Assembly (NCBI GenBank): GCA_963842525.1
Contig: CAWJGT010000009.1
Coordinates: 1,440,001-1,504,000 of the forward strand
From: an uncultured Holophagales bacterium
GTDB taxonomy: Bacteria > Acidobacteriota > Thermoanaerobaculia > Multivoradales > UBA5704
DNA: 64,000 bases
Direction of reading: 5' to 3'
The translations under genes were made by a program, and so were the position numbers. Below the pieces are notes generated by a model, which was not told the origin of the DNA, did no database searches, and saw nothing but the letters and a program-made list of their open reading frames with translations. The stretch's first letter is position 1. The number at the start of each line of letters is the position of its first letter. Below, one piece after another: positions 27,228 through 42,031 of the stretch.

Positions 27228-30200
27228 CTACCGCTGCCCTCCGGGCGGAGCGGCCTCTTCCGCGAGCTCCGGCAGGTAGGGCCGCAGCAGGTCGCGCACG
27301 GTGACCGGCCGGTCGGCTGGGAGGCTGCCACGGAGCTGGTCGAGGCGCTGGAGCTGGCCTTCGAGGGGGACGATGCGGTCCTGGTCGTCGACGCGATAGC
27401 CGCCTACGGCTTCGGCGAGACGGGCGACGTTGCGGGCGTCGCTCGCCGCGGCGTTGGGGGCGCTCCAGGCGAGGAGGCCGCGCGAGGAGGTGATCCAGAC
27501 GAGCTGGCCGTCGTCGCGGTAGCGCACGTTGAAGACAGTGCCCCCGATGTCGACCGGCGTGCAGAGGGGACGGCCGGTCGTGGGGTTCCACAGGGAGACG
27601 GCGGTGTCGCTGGCGATCAGGAGCTCCTCCGCCTCCACCGGGTTGAAGCGGACGTTGGTGATCCGGCTGGCTCCCGGGAAGCTCCATGGGCTCGCTGGCC
27701 GGCAGCCAGTCGCCGCGCTCTTCCCGCCAGGAGCGGACGGTGTCGTCCGACCAGGCGAGGAGGAGGCGCCCGGCCGGATGGAAGGTGACGCCGGAGAGGG
27801 AGCTGCGGTCGCGCGAGGTGTTGCCCAGGCTGCGGCCGGTGTCCGCGTCCCAGACGAAGGCCACGCCGTCCATGCTGCCGCTCGCCAGCCGCCGTCCGTC
27901 GGCGCTGAAGGCCACGTCCATCACTTCGTTGCGGTGCTGGATCGGGTGGACTGCGCCCTTGCGGAAGTCCCAGAGCCGGACGATGCGGTCCCGCGAGGCC
28001 GTGGCGATGCGCCGGCCGTCGGGCCGGAAGGCGGCTGCGTTGACCCTGGCCGGGTGGGTGAGGCGCCAGCCCGGATGGCCGGGAGCGTTCAGGTCCCAGA
28101 CGCTGACGGCGCGCTCTGTGAAGGCCAGGAGCGCGCTCCCGTCGTCGGAGAAAAGGGCGTCCTGGATCGCGCCGCCGGCCTGGAAGCGGCCGATCTCGCG
28201 CTCTCCCGCCGCCAGGTCGAGGACGTGGACCGCGCGGGAGGTGACGAGGGCGAGCCGCTTGCCGCCTGGGCCGAGGCGCAGGAAGCGGACCGGGTCGGGG
28301 AGGGAGACGGTACGCCGCACGGAGCCGTCCATCCCGTGGAAGTGGACCTGCCTGCCGGCGGCCATGGCGACGGTCTCGCCGAGCAGGTGTCCTTGCGTGG
28401 CCTGGGCAGGGACCAGGAGCCGCAGCATCGGCTCGGTCCGCCGCACCTGCCAGACCCGGACGGCGCCGTCGAAGCCGGCGGTGAGCACGCCGTCGGCCTC
28501 GGGGGTGAAACGGAGGTCGAGGGCGTCGAGGATGGGCATGGCCAGCGGCTCGCCGGCCGCGACGTCCCAGACCTGGACGGAGTCGTCCTGTGCCAGGGTC
28601 AGGAGGAGGCGTCCGTCGCGGCTCGGCTCGTGCCAGGTGAGCCCTTTGGGAGAGGTCGCGGTCCCCGCGACCTCTCCCGTTTCCACATCCCAGACGCGGG
28701 CCGTGAGAGGGTCGATCAGCGCGGCGACTCGCTTGCCGTCCAGGCTGAGCCGCAGATGCGAGAGGCTCGGGCTCCCCTCGATGTCGGGTCCTACCTGCGA
28801 GACCGAGGCGGCATCCCAGACGTGCAGGCGGCCGGTGCGAGATGCGGTGGCGACGCGTCCGCCGTCGCGGCTCGCGTCCGCGGCAACGACGGGGCTGACG
28901 CCGCCGAAGGGTCCCGCCGCGGTGCGGCCCTCCCGGATGTCCCAGATCCGCGCCTCGCCACGGGCGACTACCAGAGCCCGGCCGTCCGGCAGGAGCTTCG
29001 AAAACTTCGTCGGCCCGGGGAGAGGCGGCCCGGCGGGCTTGCCGGTCCGGGCGTCGAGGAAGGAGACCCGATCGCCCTGATCACCCTCCTCGACCGCGTT
29101 CCGCACCAGCAGCAGCTTGCCGTCGGCGGAGAGCTCTGTACAGACGAGGTCGGCGTCCGTCGTGCACAGCAGGCGGCCCAGCTCGTAGTGGCCGAGCTCC
29201 TTGCCGGCGGGCACGTCCCAGAGCCGTGCCCGGCCGGCGGACGAGACGGTCACCGCCACGCGCCCGCCGGCGCTGATGTGGACCTCGTCCACCAGCTCGC
29301 GGGCCTGCACCTTTCCCAGCGGCTGCAGGCCATCGGTCTGGTGGAAAAGAACCGTTCCGTCTTTGAGCACGATGGCGACGTGCCGCGCATCGGCGCTGAA
29401 GACGACCCAATCCTCGTCCGGGTGGCGCAGCTCGTCCATGGGGAGCGGCCAGCTCTTCCCGAGGAGGACGTAGATCAGCAATGTGCGGTAGTCGAAAACC
29501 TCCGGCTCGCGGTCCACGGCCCGGGCCAGATAGGCGAGCGCATGCGCCGGGCTGCTGTCCTGGAGGTTGACTGCCCGTTCCATGTCGGAGCTCGCCAGGG
29601 CGCGGCGCGCCACCTCTTCGATCCGCCAGGCATAGAGGACGAGGCCGACGACCGCGAGCAGCAGGACGCCGAGCAGGGCGAGCGCCTGCCGGCTGCGCCG
29701 CAGCTTGCGGCGGGTCTGGCGCATGCGCTCCTCGGCCTCGCGCTGTGCCGCCCCGGCCTGCTCCTGCGCCTCGCGCTGACGGCGGGTGTCGCGGCTGTTG
29801 CGCGCCACCCGGGTGAGCACGTCGTGCGTCAGCTCGACGCGTTGCACGCCGCCGCGGTCCTCGATACGCAGCAGCCGGCGGTCAACCAGCCGGCTCAGGG
29901 TTTCGCGATCGACGCCGGGCTCTTCCAGCGCGCTCTCCAGGGCCACCGAGTCGCGGAAGCCCGAGCGGGTGAGCAGCCTCTCCTCAACGAAGGTGCGCAC
30001 CTCCCGCGGGAGGTCGGTGAGGCTGCGCTCGTAGAGATCCGTGAGGATCTCCTCCCGGTTTCCTTCGAGCAGGCCGGCGGTAATCCGCGGCAGGCCGCGG
30101 CGGCGGCGGCGGTTGTTGAGCTCGCGGCAGACGACGCCCAGCAAGGCGGGCTCGATCTCCAGACGCCCGAGCGGAGCCTCGCCGTCCTCCGTCTCCTCCT

Positions 30201-31032
30201 GCCGGCCGGCGCAGAAGCGGACCACCTGCTCGGCGACCCCGGGCTCCAGCAGGTGGCTGCCCGCGTCCAGCACGAGCAGGGCGTTGCCGCCGTGCATCCG
30301 TTGCAGGCGCAGGCGGTTCTGGCCGATCGAGCGGAGGCGCCCGCGCAGCCCCTCGAGGTCGGGGAGGAAGTCCTCGCGCAGGCTGAGCAGGACCTTGTAG
30401 CCATGGCGGCCGAAGGCGAAGCCGCGGGCTTCTTCCGGATTCTCGTCCAGGCGCGCCCGCACCGCTTCGGGCGGATGCCCCTCGGTGAGCGCGGCCAGCT
30501 CGACGAGGAAAGCCTCGGCCGCCTGCGGACGGCGCTTGCCGAGGGTGAAGACCTCCTCGAATTGATCGAAGACCAGGAGCGGCGTGACCGGCCGGTTGCG
30601 CGGGCTCCAGAAGGCGCAGCCCTGGCGGTGGAAATACTCCCAGAGCGTCTCGCCCGGCGTGGCCGCGGGCGCTTCGACCTGCGCTGCCGCGGCCTCCCGG
30701 GCGAGGGCCGCGAGCACCTGCTCCGGGAAGGGAAGCGCGCGCTCGCTGAAGTCGAGACGGATGGTCACGGGCAGCACGTTCTGCTCACGCAGACGAGGGA
30801 AGAGGCCGGCCTGCAGGAGAGAGGACTTGCCCAGGCCCGAAAGGCCGAAGAGGATGGTCAGCCGCTCGCGCATCACGAGGCGGAAGAGCGCCTCAACCTC
30901 CTCGTCGCGGCCGCGGAAGAGCGCTTGGTCGGCCTCGCGGAAGGACGCCAGGCCGGGCCAGGGGTTGTCGTGATCGACCGTTCCGGTATCTGGCGGCGCG
31001 GAAGGCGGCGGGGGGAGGGGCTCCGTGGTCAT
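27228..31032 (-). CDS. STAND NTPase - TM - WD40 protein (receptor 3), frameshift near 27675
   Basis: ATG 31032 overlapping the SIR2-TIR stop; NPWPGL, GLSGLGKSS, LVFDQFEE, TM, WD40s; C-terminus LAEAVGGY lies in ORF 27228-27638. Confidence 0.88.
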
Positions 31033-32420
31033 GGCGTTCCGGCGAGCGCCCGGTGATATTCGCGGAAGCCTTGCTTCAGCGCGGCGACGATCTCGGGGTT
31101 GGGCTTGCCCGGCTCCAGGCGCAGCCAATGGACCTTGCGGAACCGCTCCGGCAGGGAGGGATCATTGGGCGGCACCTCGTCGGCCACGATGGGCATGAGG
31201 TAGCGCAAGGTGGGCGGCACCTGCACCGCCACCCGCTCGGCCCAGTCCCACTCGATGCGGAAGAAGCGCCGCCGCGAGGTCAGGGTATGGCGCGACAGGA
31301 TGGGGACGAACAGCGAGCAGCTCTCGATGTTGCGCTTGATCTTGGCCTCGTAGTCGTCGCCGCCCTGGAGCGCGTCGCGGTCGAACCAGACGTCCACCCC
31401 GGCGCTCTCCAGCTCCTGCCGGAGGGCCTCGACCAGCGGCCGGTCCTCGCTGGCATAGCTCAGGAAGACCGCGCCCGGCTCCATCTCCAGGGGGCCGCGC
31501 ACCTGTTCCGCCGGGGCTGGCTCTGGCGCCGCCTCGGTGGCCGGATGCTTTTCGCTCCACCGCCGGGACAGCTCGGCCACCAGGTCCGCGGCACCGCCGC
31601 CCTGGTAGACCTTGGTGCGCGAGCTGAACCGCTGCAGGAACGCCACCAGGCCGGGGTCTTCCCGCAGGCGCTCGTCGGCCACGATGTCGGTCTTGCCGCG
31701 GGCGAGCCAGAGGCGCTCCCGTTTGGCGACGCGCAGGAAGAAGCGGGCGAGCCAGCTCGGCAGGCGGACGCCCAGGAACAGGAGCTGATGGCTGCCGAGC
31801 TCGTCGAGGAGCAGGTCCGGCCGCCGGTTCTCCGACTGGAGCGAATGGATGATCTCGAGGATGTCCTCCTCGGTCACCGCATAGTCGGGCACCGCCGAGA
31901 TGCGGCCGAAGAGGTGGAAGACGAGCGGCCCGTCCAGCTCCTTGATCGGCCGGTCGAGATCCTGCACGGCCGTGGGCGCATAGGCCAGCACCCGCGTCCG
32001 CGGCTGGCCGCCGAAGCGGACCTCGTCGAGGGCGCGCTGGAGCAGCGGATCGAAGGTCGTGGTGACGAACAGCTTGAGCGGCCGGATGCGCGCGAGCTGG
32101 AGGAGCGCCTCGGGAGGACGGACCTCCTCCGGCCCCGGCATCACCGACTTCAGGGCCGGATAGATGTCCTCCAGCTCACCCCCCTGGGTGAGGAAGCGGG
32201 AAGCGACCTCGTGGAGCGAGCCCGTGGCGGGCAACCCGTCGACGGGCACCTCCAGATACGCCGCCAGGCGCTCCGCCAGCAGGGACTCGAGCGGCAGCCG
32301 GCGTCCCTCCGCCTCGACGATCAGCAGGTCCGGCCCGATGACGGGCACGACCCGTCCCTCCTCGATGACTTGTAGGAGCTGATCCCAGAAACGCGGGCCT
32401 TCACCTGCTGGAGGCGGCAT
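31029..32420 (-). CDS. SIR2-like - TIR fusion (copy b)
   Basis: Paralog of copy a: RFWDQLL, TTTFDPLL, FHLFG, FLSYASED, FFRIEW. Confidence 0.87.
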   Translation of the reverse strand: MPPPAGEGPRFWDQLLQVIEEGRVVPVIGPDLLIVEAEGRRLPLESLLAERLAAYLEVPVDGLPATGSLHEVASRFLTQGGELEDIYPALKSVMPGPEEVRPPEALLQLARIRPLKLFVTTTFDPLLQRALDEVRFGGQPRTRVLAYAPTAVQDLDRPIKELDGPLVFHLFGRISAVPDYAVTEEDILEIIHSLQSENRRPDLLLDELGSHQLLFLGVRLPSWLARFFLRVAKRERLWLARGKTDIVADERLREDPGLVAFLQRFSSRTKVYQGGGAADLVAELSRRWSEKHPATEAAPEPAPAEQVRGPLEMEPGAVFLSYASEDRPLVEALRQELESAGVDVWFDRDALQGGDDYEAKIKRNIESCSLFVPILSRHTLTSRRRFFRIEWDWAERVAVQVPPTLRYLMPIVADEVPPNDPSLPERFRKVHWLRLEPGKPNPEIVAALKQGFREYHRALAGTP

Positions 32421-32459
32421 GGCGAGTTTCAGAGAGGCTATGCAACGGGGGAGTGGTTG

Positions 32460-33841
32460 TCAACGCGGGCCGAGGGTGCGCTGGTACTCCCGGAAAAGCT
32501 CCCGCAGCGCCCCGACGAGGCCGGGGTTGGGCTGGCCCGGCTGCAGCCGCTCCCAGTGCAGGCGCCGGAAGCGCTCCGGCAGGGCCGGGTCGGCCGGCGA
32601 AGTGTCGTCGAGGACGACCGGGACGATGAAGCGCAGGGTCGGCGGCACCTGGACCGCCACCTTCTCGGCGTGATCCCACTCCACCCGGAAGAAGCGGCGC
32701 CGCGAGGTCAAGGTGCTGCGGGAGAGGATGGGGACGAAGAGGGAGCAGCTCTCGATGTTGCGCCTGATCTTGGCCTCGTAGTCGTCCCCCCCAATGAGCT
32801 CGTTCCGGTCGAACCAGACGTCCACGCCGGCGCGTTCGAGCTCCTCCTTGAAGGTCTCGACCTGCGGACGATCCTCGCTGGCGTAGCTCAGGAAGACGGC
32901 GCCGGGCTCCATCTCCAGGGGGCCTCTGGGGGGCACCGGCGTGGGCTCCGGAGTCTCGGTGTGCGGGTGCCGTTCGTGCCAGCGGCGGTGCAGCTCGGCG
33001 ACGAAGTCGGCGGCACCGCCCCCCTGGAAAATCTTGGTGCGCGAGCTGAAGCGCTGGAGGAAGGCGACGAGCGCCGGATCGCCCCGCGTGTGCTCGTCGG
33101 CGACGACGTCGGTCTTGCCGCGGGCGAGCCCCAGGCGCTCGCGCCGGGCGAGGCGCAGGAAGAAGCGGGCCAGCCAGTCGGGGAAGGAGCTGCCGAGGAG
33201 CAGGAGCTGGCGGCGGCCGAGCTCGTCGAGGAGGCGTTCGGGCTGCCGGTCCTTGGATTGCAGCGAATGGACGAACTCCAGCGTGTCCTCTTCGGTGACG
33301 GCGTAGTCGGGCACGGCGGAGAGCCGGCCGAAGAGGTGGAACACGGCCGGCCGGTCCATGGCGTCGAGCGGCTGGTCGAGGTCCTCCACGGCGTTGGGGG
33401 AGTAGGAGAACACCCGCGTCCGCGGCTGGCCGTCGAAGCGCACCTCGTCGAGGGCCTGCTGGAGCAGCGGATCGAAGGTGGTGGTGACGAACAGCCCGAG
33501 CGGGCGGATGCCGGCGAGCTGGAGGAGGGGCTCCGGAAGCGGCAGCCGCTCGCGCGGCGGGAAGATCGACTTGAGCGCGGAGTAGATGTCCTCCAGCTCA
33601 CCCCCCTGGGCCAGGTAGCGGCAGGCGACCTCGTGGAGAGGCCGCTCCTCAGGGAGCCCATCGGCGGACGTGTCGAGATACTTTGCCAGGCGCTCTGCCA
33701 GATAGGAGTCGAGGCGCGTCCGTTGCCCGTCCACCTCGACGACCAGGAGGTCCTGCCCGACGATGGGGATCACCCGCCGTTCCTCGATGAACTGGAGGAG
33801 CTGGTCCCAGAAGCGGGGGCCTTCTGTGCCCGGAACGGCCA

Positions 33842-33842
<1 letters not shown>
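32460..33842 (-). CDS. SIR2-like - TIR fusion (copy c)
   Basis: ATG 33842 in TGATG overlap with receptor 4; same motifs, FFRVEW. Confidence 0.87.
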
Positions 33843-38024
<4,182 letters not shown>

Positions 38025-38192
38025 GGCTCGGACCGGCTGCGCGAGAACCAGAGGTCCCCGCCTTGGAGGAGGCGCGCGGACACCCTCTCTCGTTACACCG
38101 GGGCTCCCCGAAGCTACGCCCGGGTCATCTGCCTGTCAATTGGCTGCTATCCAGGCAACCTACCCCAAAGGATGGAAAGGATGGCTTGGGGC

Positions 38193-38221
38193 TGGACATC
38201 CGCGGCAAAGTGGACTAAGCT
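38193..38221 (+). promoter_or_regulatory. Sigma70-type promoter of the sulfur assimilation operon
   Basis: TGGACA (38193) - 17 bp - TAAGCT (38216). Confidence 0.6.
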
Positions 38222-38229
38222 ACTCACAA

Positions 38230-38298
38230 ATGTACCGCTTCCCACAGTCCCGGCCCGGCGTTCTCGCCCAACTCCCTTCCTGCTGCACCTGTAGCTAG
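38230..38298 (+). CDS. Putative Cys-rich leader peptide MYRFPQSRPGVLAQLPSCCTCS
   Basis: ATG 8 nt after the -10 box, no SD; TGC TGC ACC TGT just before TAG; upstream of sulfite reductase. Confidence 0.62.
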   Translation: MYRFPQSRPGVLAQLPSCCTCS

Positions 38299-38469
38299 CG
38301 GGTGGGGGCGGCTCAGCCGCTCGCATCCGCCGATTCCGACCCACAAGCATCCGCCGGAGCCCGCGATCGCTGATCGCCGCTCCTGACGACGGAACAGGAC
38401 GCCGACGGCCCCGCATGGCCCCGTCCGGGCGCCGTGGGGCCGCTGTGTCTTCACGAGAGAGGCGGCTAC

Positions 38470-40119
38470 ATGGGCAGCATCCGAGGAGTCCCGGAATCCG
38501 AGATCAACTGGGACCTCGTGCGCAAACGCAACTCGGTCGAGCGGCTGAAGCACGAGAAGGGCGGGCTCGAGGTGATCCACGACCTGCCGGCCATGATCGC
38601 GGCCGGGTACGAGGCCGTGCCGGAAGAGGATTTCGTGCGGATGCAGTGGTATGGCCTCTACCACGACAAGCCCAAGCTCGGCCATTTCATGATGCGGGTG
38701 AAGATCCCGGGCGGCTTCCTGACTCCTCACAAGCTGCGGGTGATCGGCGAGATTTCGGAGCAGTACGGCCGCGGCCACGGCGAGCTGACGACGCGCCAGA
38801 ACATCCAGCTCCACTGGCTGGAGCTGGCGAAGCTGCCCGCGGTGCTGGAGACGCTGGAGAGGGCCGGCCTGACCACGGCCGGCGGCTGCGGCGACAACGT
38901 GCGCAACATCACGAGCTGCCCGGTCGCCGGGATCGCCCGCGACGAGCTGTTCAACGTGCGGCCGCTCCTCGCCGAGGCGGCCGATTTCTTCATCCAGAAC
39001 CGCGAGTACACCGACCTCCCGCGCAAGCACAAGATCACGGTCGCGGCCTGCCCCGGGCAGTGCAACGCGCCGGAAATCCACTGCATCGCTCTCATCGGAG
39101 ACCTCCGTGAAGGCCGGCCGGGGTTCGCGGTGCGCGTCGGCGGCGGGCTCGCCACCTGGCCGCGGCTGGCCGACGACCTTGGTGTGTGGGTGCCTCTCGA
39201 CGAGGCGCTGCAGGTGCTGCGGGCGATCGTGGACGTCTGGCGCGAGGACCTCCGGTACCGCCTCTCGCGTACCCGGGCGCGGCTCAAGTTCATGGTCCAC
39301 GACACCGGGGCCGAGGCCTTCCGGGCCAAGGTGGAGGAGCGGCTCGGCCGGCGCCTGCCCGACGGAGTGGTCCCCGCGCCTCCCGCCGAGGAGCACGACC
39401 ACACCGGCGTCCATCCGCAGTCCCAGGACGGGCTCTTCTATGCAGGCTTTCCGGTCTACCTCGGCCTGATGAGCGGCGACCGGATGCGCGCGGTCGCCAA
39501 CCTCGCGGAGTCCTTCGGCGGCGAGATCCGCCTGACGCGGCGGCAGAACTTCCTGCTGAGCGGCATCCCGGGCGAGCGCGTGGACGAGGTGGTCCGCCGG
39601 GTGGGCGATCTCGGGTTTCCGATCGACGCCGGCCGCCTGCGGAGCACGAGCATCGCCTGCACGGGCGACCCCTTCTGCAACTTCACGGTCGCCGAGACCA
39701 AGGGGCGGCTCCAGGACATCGTGGAGCACCTGGAGCGGACCTTCGGAGAGGCGGCGGCTTCGCTGCGCCTCAACCTGGACGGCTGCCCCCACGCCTGCGC
39801 CCACCACTGGATCGGCGACATCGGCCTCCAGGGCACGACCCTGCGCGAGCGCGGCGTTGACGGCGAGCGGGTGCAGGGCTACGACCTCTTCCTGCGCGGC
39901 GGCCTGGCTCGCGATGCAGCCATCGGCCGGCCGGTCCTCAAGCGTGTGGCGGGGACGGAGGTCCACGAAGTCATCGAACGGCTCGTCGGAGCCTGGCTGG
40001 ACGGCCGGAGCAACGGCGAATCGATCCAACAGTTTTTTACCCGCCATACCGACGAGGAGCTCAACGCGATCGGTCTGGGCCAGGGATTTCCTGTCAGAGA
40101 GGTCGAACAGCATGCTTGA
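38470..40119 (+). CDS. sir: Ferredoxin-type sulfite (nitrite/sulfite) reductase
   Basis: WYGLYHDK, ELTTRQNIQLH, GDNVRN, LPRKHKI, IACTGDPFC, GCPHAC; in an operon with cysH. Confidence 0.92.
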   Translation: MGSIRGVPESEINWDLVRKRNSVERLKHEKGGLEVIHDLPAMIAAGYEAVPEEDFVRMQWYGLYHDKPKLGHFMMRVKIPGGFLTPHKLRVIGEISEQYGRGHGELTTRQNIQLHWLELAKLPAVLETLERAGLTTAGGCGDNVRNITSCPVAGIARDELFNVRPLLAEAADFFIQNREYTDLPRKHKITVAACPGQCNAPEIHCIALIGDLREGRPGFAVRVGGGLATWPRLADDLGVWVPLDEALQVLRAIVDVWREDLRYRLSRTRARLKFMVHDTGAEAFRAKVEERLGRRLPDGVVPAPPAEEHDHTGVHPQSQDGLFYAGFPVYLGLMSGDRMRAVANLAESFGGEIRLTRRQNFLLSGIPGERVDEVVRRVGDLGFPIDAGRLRSTSIACTGDPFCNFTVAETKGRLQDIVEHLERTFGEAAASLRLNLDGCPHACAHHWIGDIGLQGTTLRERGVDGERVQGYDLFLRGGLARDAAIGRPVLKRVAGTEVHEVIERLVGAWLDGRSNGESIQQFFTRHTDEELNAIGLGQGFPVREVEQHA

Positions 40120-40939
40120 CGCAATTTCCTATCACCGGGATGAACGCGACCTGCTGGACGAATTCGAGGCCGGCCAGATCGCGGTGGAGCTCGACTTCGC
40201 CACGCCCCAGGAGGTCCTCGAATGGACCCTCGACCGCTGGGGAGGGAAGGCGGCGCTCTGCACCAGCTTCCAGGCCGAGGGCATGGCCCTCCTCGACATG
40301 GCCTGGCGGATCGATCCCAACGTCCGCGTCTTCACCGTCGACACCGGCCGGCTGCCGCAGGAGACCTACGAGGTGATGGAGACGGTCCGTGCGCGGTACG
40401 GGCTCGCCGTGGAGGTCTTCTTCCCCGACGCGCGGCAGGTGGAGACGATGGTGAACCGCCAGGGGCCGGACCTCTTCCGGCGCTCGGTGCCGGCGCGCCT
40501 CCTCTGCTGCAAGGTGCGCAAGGTCGAGCCGATCCGCCGAGCTCTTGAAGGGCTCGATGCCTGGGTCACCGGTCTGCGCCGTGAGCAGTGGGCGAGCCGG
40601 GCCAACATCCGCAAGGTGGAGATCGATCACGAGCACGGCGGCCTCGCCAAGATCAATCCGCTGGCGGACTGGACGCAGGAGGAAGTCTGGGACTACATCC
40701 GCGACAATGAGGTCCCGGTCCATCCGCTGTATGAGAAAGGTTTTACGAGCATCGGCTGCGCCCCCTGCACGCGGGCCACGGCTCCTGGGGAGGATGCACG
40801 GGCCGGCCGCTGGTGGTGGGAAACCAACGCGCCCAAGGAGTGCGGCATCCACTGCCCGCTGGAGACCGGCGGCTTCGAGCACGAGGTCGAAGCGATCCTC
40901 CACCGCGGAGCGCTCCATGTGGTGGGAGGAAAGCCGTGA
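40112..40939 (+). CDS. cysH: APS/PAPS reductase (Fe-S APS type)
   Basis: VDTGRL, CCKVRKVEP, KINPLADW, SIGCAPCT, RAGRWWWE, KECGIH. Confidence 0.95.
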   Translation: MLDAISYHRDERDLLDEFEAGQIAVELDFATPQEVLEWTLDRWGGKAALCTSFQAEGMALLDMAWRIDPNVRVFTVDTGRLPQETYEVMETVRARYGLAVEVFFPDARQVETMVNRQGPDLFRRSVPARLLCCKVRKVEPIRRALEGLDAWVTGLRREQWASRANIRKVEIDHEHGGLAKINPLADWTQEEVWDYIRDNEVPVHPLYEKGFTSIGCAPCTRATAPGEDARAGRWWWETNAPKECGIHCPLETGGFEHEVEAILHRGALHVVGGKP

Positions 40940-41394
40940 GTGCCGCTGTCGAAATCGATCAGGACCTGGGCGAGGTCCTGCTGGCCGAGATCGAAGGGGT
41001 TCTGGCGACGGTGCGCGAGCCGCAGGTGCGGGCTTCCTATGAGGAGCTTGCCGGCGCCGTGGCCGGGGGGACGGTGGAAGAAGGTCTGTTTGGGCCGCTG
41101 GAGCTCCTCGTCGAGATGTCGCTCCAGACCGGCCGTGCGCGCCGGCTCCATGGCGCCGACAGCGAGCGGGCCCTGTTGCGGTTGTTCCATCGCACTCCGC
41201 GGGGGGCTGCGGCGCGGCGGGCCACCGAGGCGGTCAATGAGGCTCTGCGGACGCTCGCGGGCCAGTCCCTGGAGGAAGCGCTCTTCACGGTCCAGGCGCC
41301 CGGCGTCTTCCGGCTGGGGCTGTGCACCGATCATGTCCGGTTGGCGTTGGAGATCGATCGCCACGGGGTCTCAGTAGAAAGCCTGGAGGTCTGA
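40936..41394 (+). CDS. Hypothetical protein within the sulfur operon
   Basis: GTGA overlap with cysH, GGAGG SD, natural composition. Confidence 0.7.
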   Translation: MSAAVEIDQDLGEVLLAEIEGVLATVREPQVRASYEELAGAVAGGTVEEGLFGPLELLVEMSLQTGRARRLHGADSERALLRLFHRTPRGAAARRATEAVNEALRTLAGQSLEEALFTVQAPGVFRLGLCTDHVRLALEIDRHGVSVESLEV

Positions 41395-41395
41395 C

Positions 41396-42031
41396 GTGCA
41401 GCCCTATCCGGTGTTTCTTGACCTCCGGCAGCGCTCCTGCGTGGTGATTGGTGGCGGTGCCCTGGCAGAGGAGAAGGTGCGGGGGTTGCTCGCGGCCGGG
41501 GCGGAGGTGATTGTCATCGCTCCCGGGCTGCCGCAGGGTTTGGCGGAGCTGGTGGGGGAGGGGCGGATCCTCCACAGGCCGCGCTCCTACAAGCCGGGCG
41601 ATCTGGCGAATGCGGTCCTTGTTGTCGTCTGCGGTGAGCCGGCCGCGATCGTCGAGGCGGTCTGGCAGGAGGCGCAGCGCCGCAACGTCCTGGTGAACAC
41701 GGTGGACGACCTGGCTCACTGCGGCTTCCTGGCTCCCTCGGTGGTACGGCGCGGGGACCTGTCCGTCGCCATCTCGACGAACGGCAAGGCTCCGGCCCTG
41801 GCGGTGCGGCTGCGGCAGCGTCTCGAGCGCGAGTTGGGGGAGGAATACGGCCGCTTCCTGGCGCTCGCGGGATCGGTGCGGTCCCGGCTGGCCGCGCGCA
41901 AGCCGGATTTCGGCGAACGGCGGGAGCTCTGGTACCGGCTGGTGGACTCGGACGTGCTCGATCTGCTGCGAGAAGGGGAGGATGAGGCGGCGCGGGTCCG
42001 TTTCGCCGAGATCCTGGGAGTCGCGCCATGA
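41396..42031 (+). CDS. Precorrin-2 dehydrogenase/sirohydrochlorin ferrochelatase (CysG N-terminal/Met8 type)
   Basis: YPVFLDL, VVIGGGALAEEK, LVNTVDD..CGF..PSVV, AISTNGKAPALA. Confidence 0.92.
   Translation: MQPYPVFLDLRQRSCVVIGGGALAEEKVRGLLAAGAEVIVIAPGLPQGLAELVGEGRILHRPRSYKPGDLANAVLVVVCGEPAAIVEAVWQEAQRRNVLVNTVDDLAHCGFLAPSVVRRGDLSVAISTNGKAPALAVRLRQRLERELGEEYGRFLALAGSVRSRLAARKPDFGERRELWYRLVDSDVLDLLREGEDEAARVRFAEILGVAP

Noticed and set aside
27529-31056. 1175-aa plus-strand ORF and other long antisense ORFs (e.g. 45687-48632, 38224-40113, most of 52999-55851)
   Set aside because: Shadow frames of GC-rich genes with no motifs; the real genes are on the other strand
26056-31128. Apparent 1690-aa STAND-WD40-DUF262 fusion
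   Set aside because: Artefact of the frameshift near 27675: the true receptor C-terminus ends at 27228, the linker reads as off-frame sequence and DUF262 has its own SD and ATG at 27027
38100-38460. SAM riboswitch upstream of the sulfur operon
   Set aside because: SAM-I core sequences not recognised; a leader peptide explains the region better
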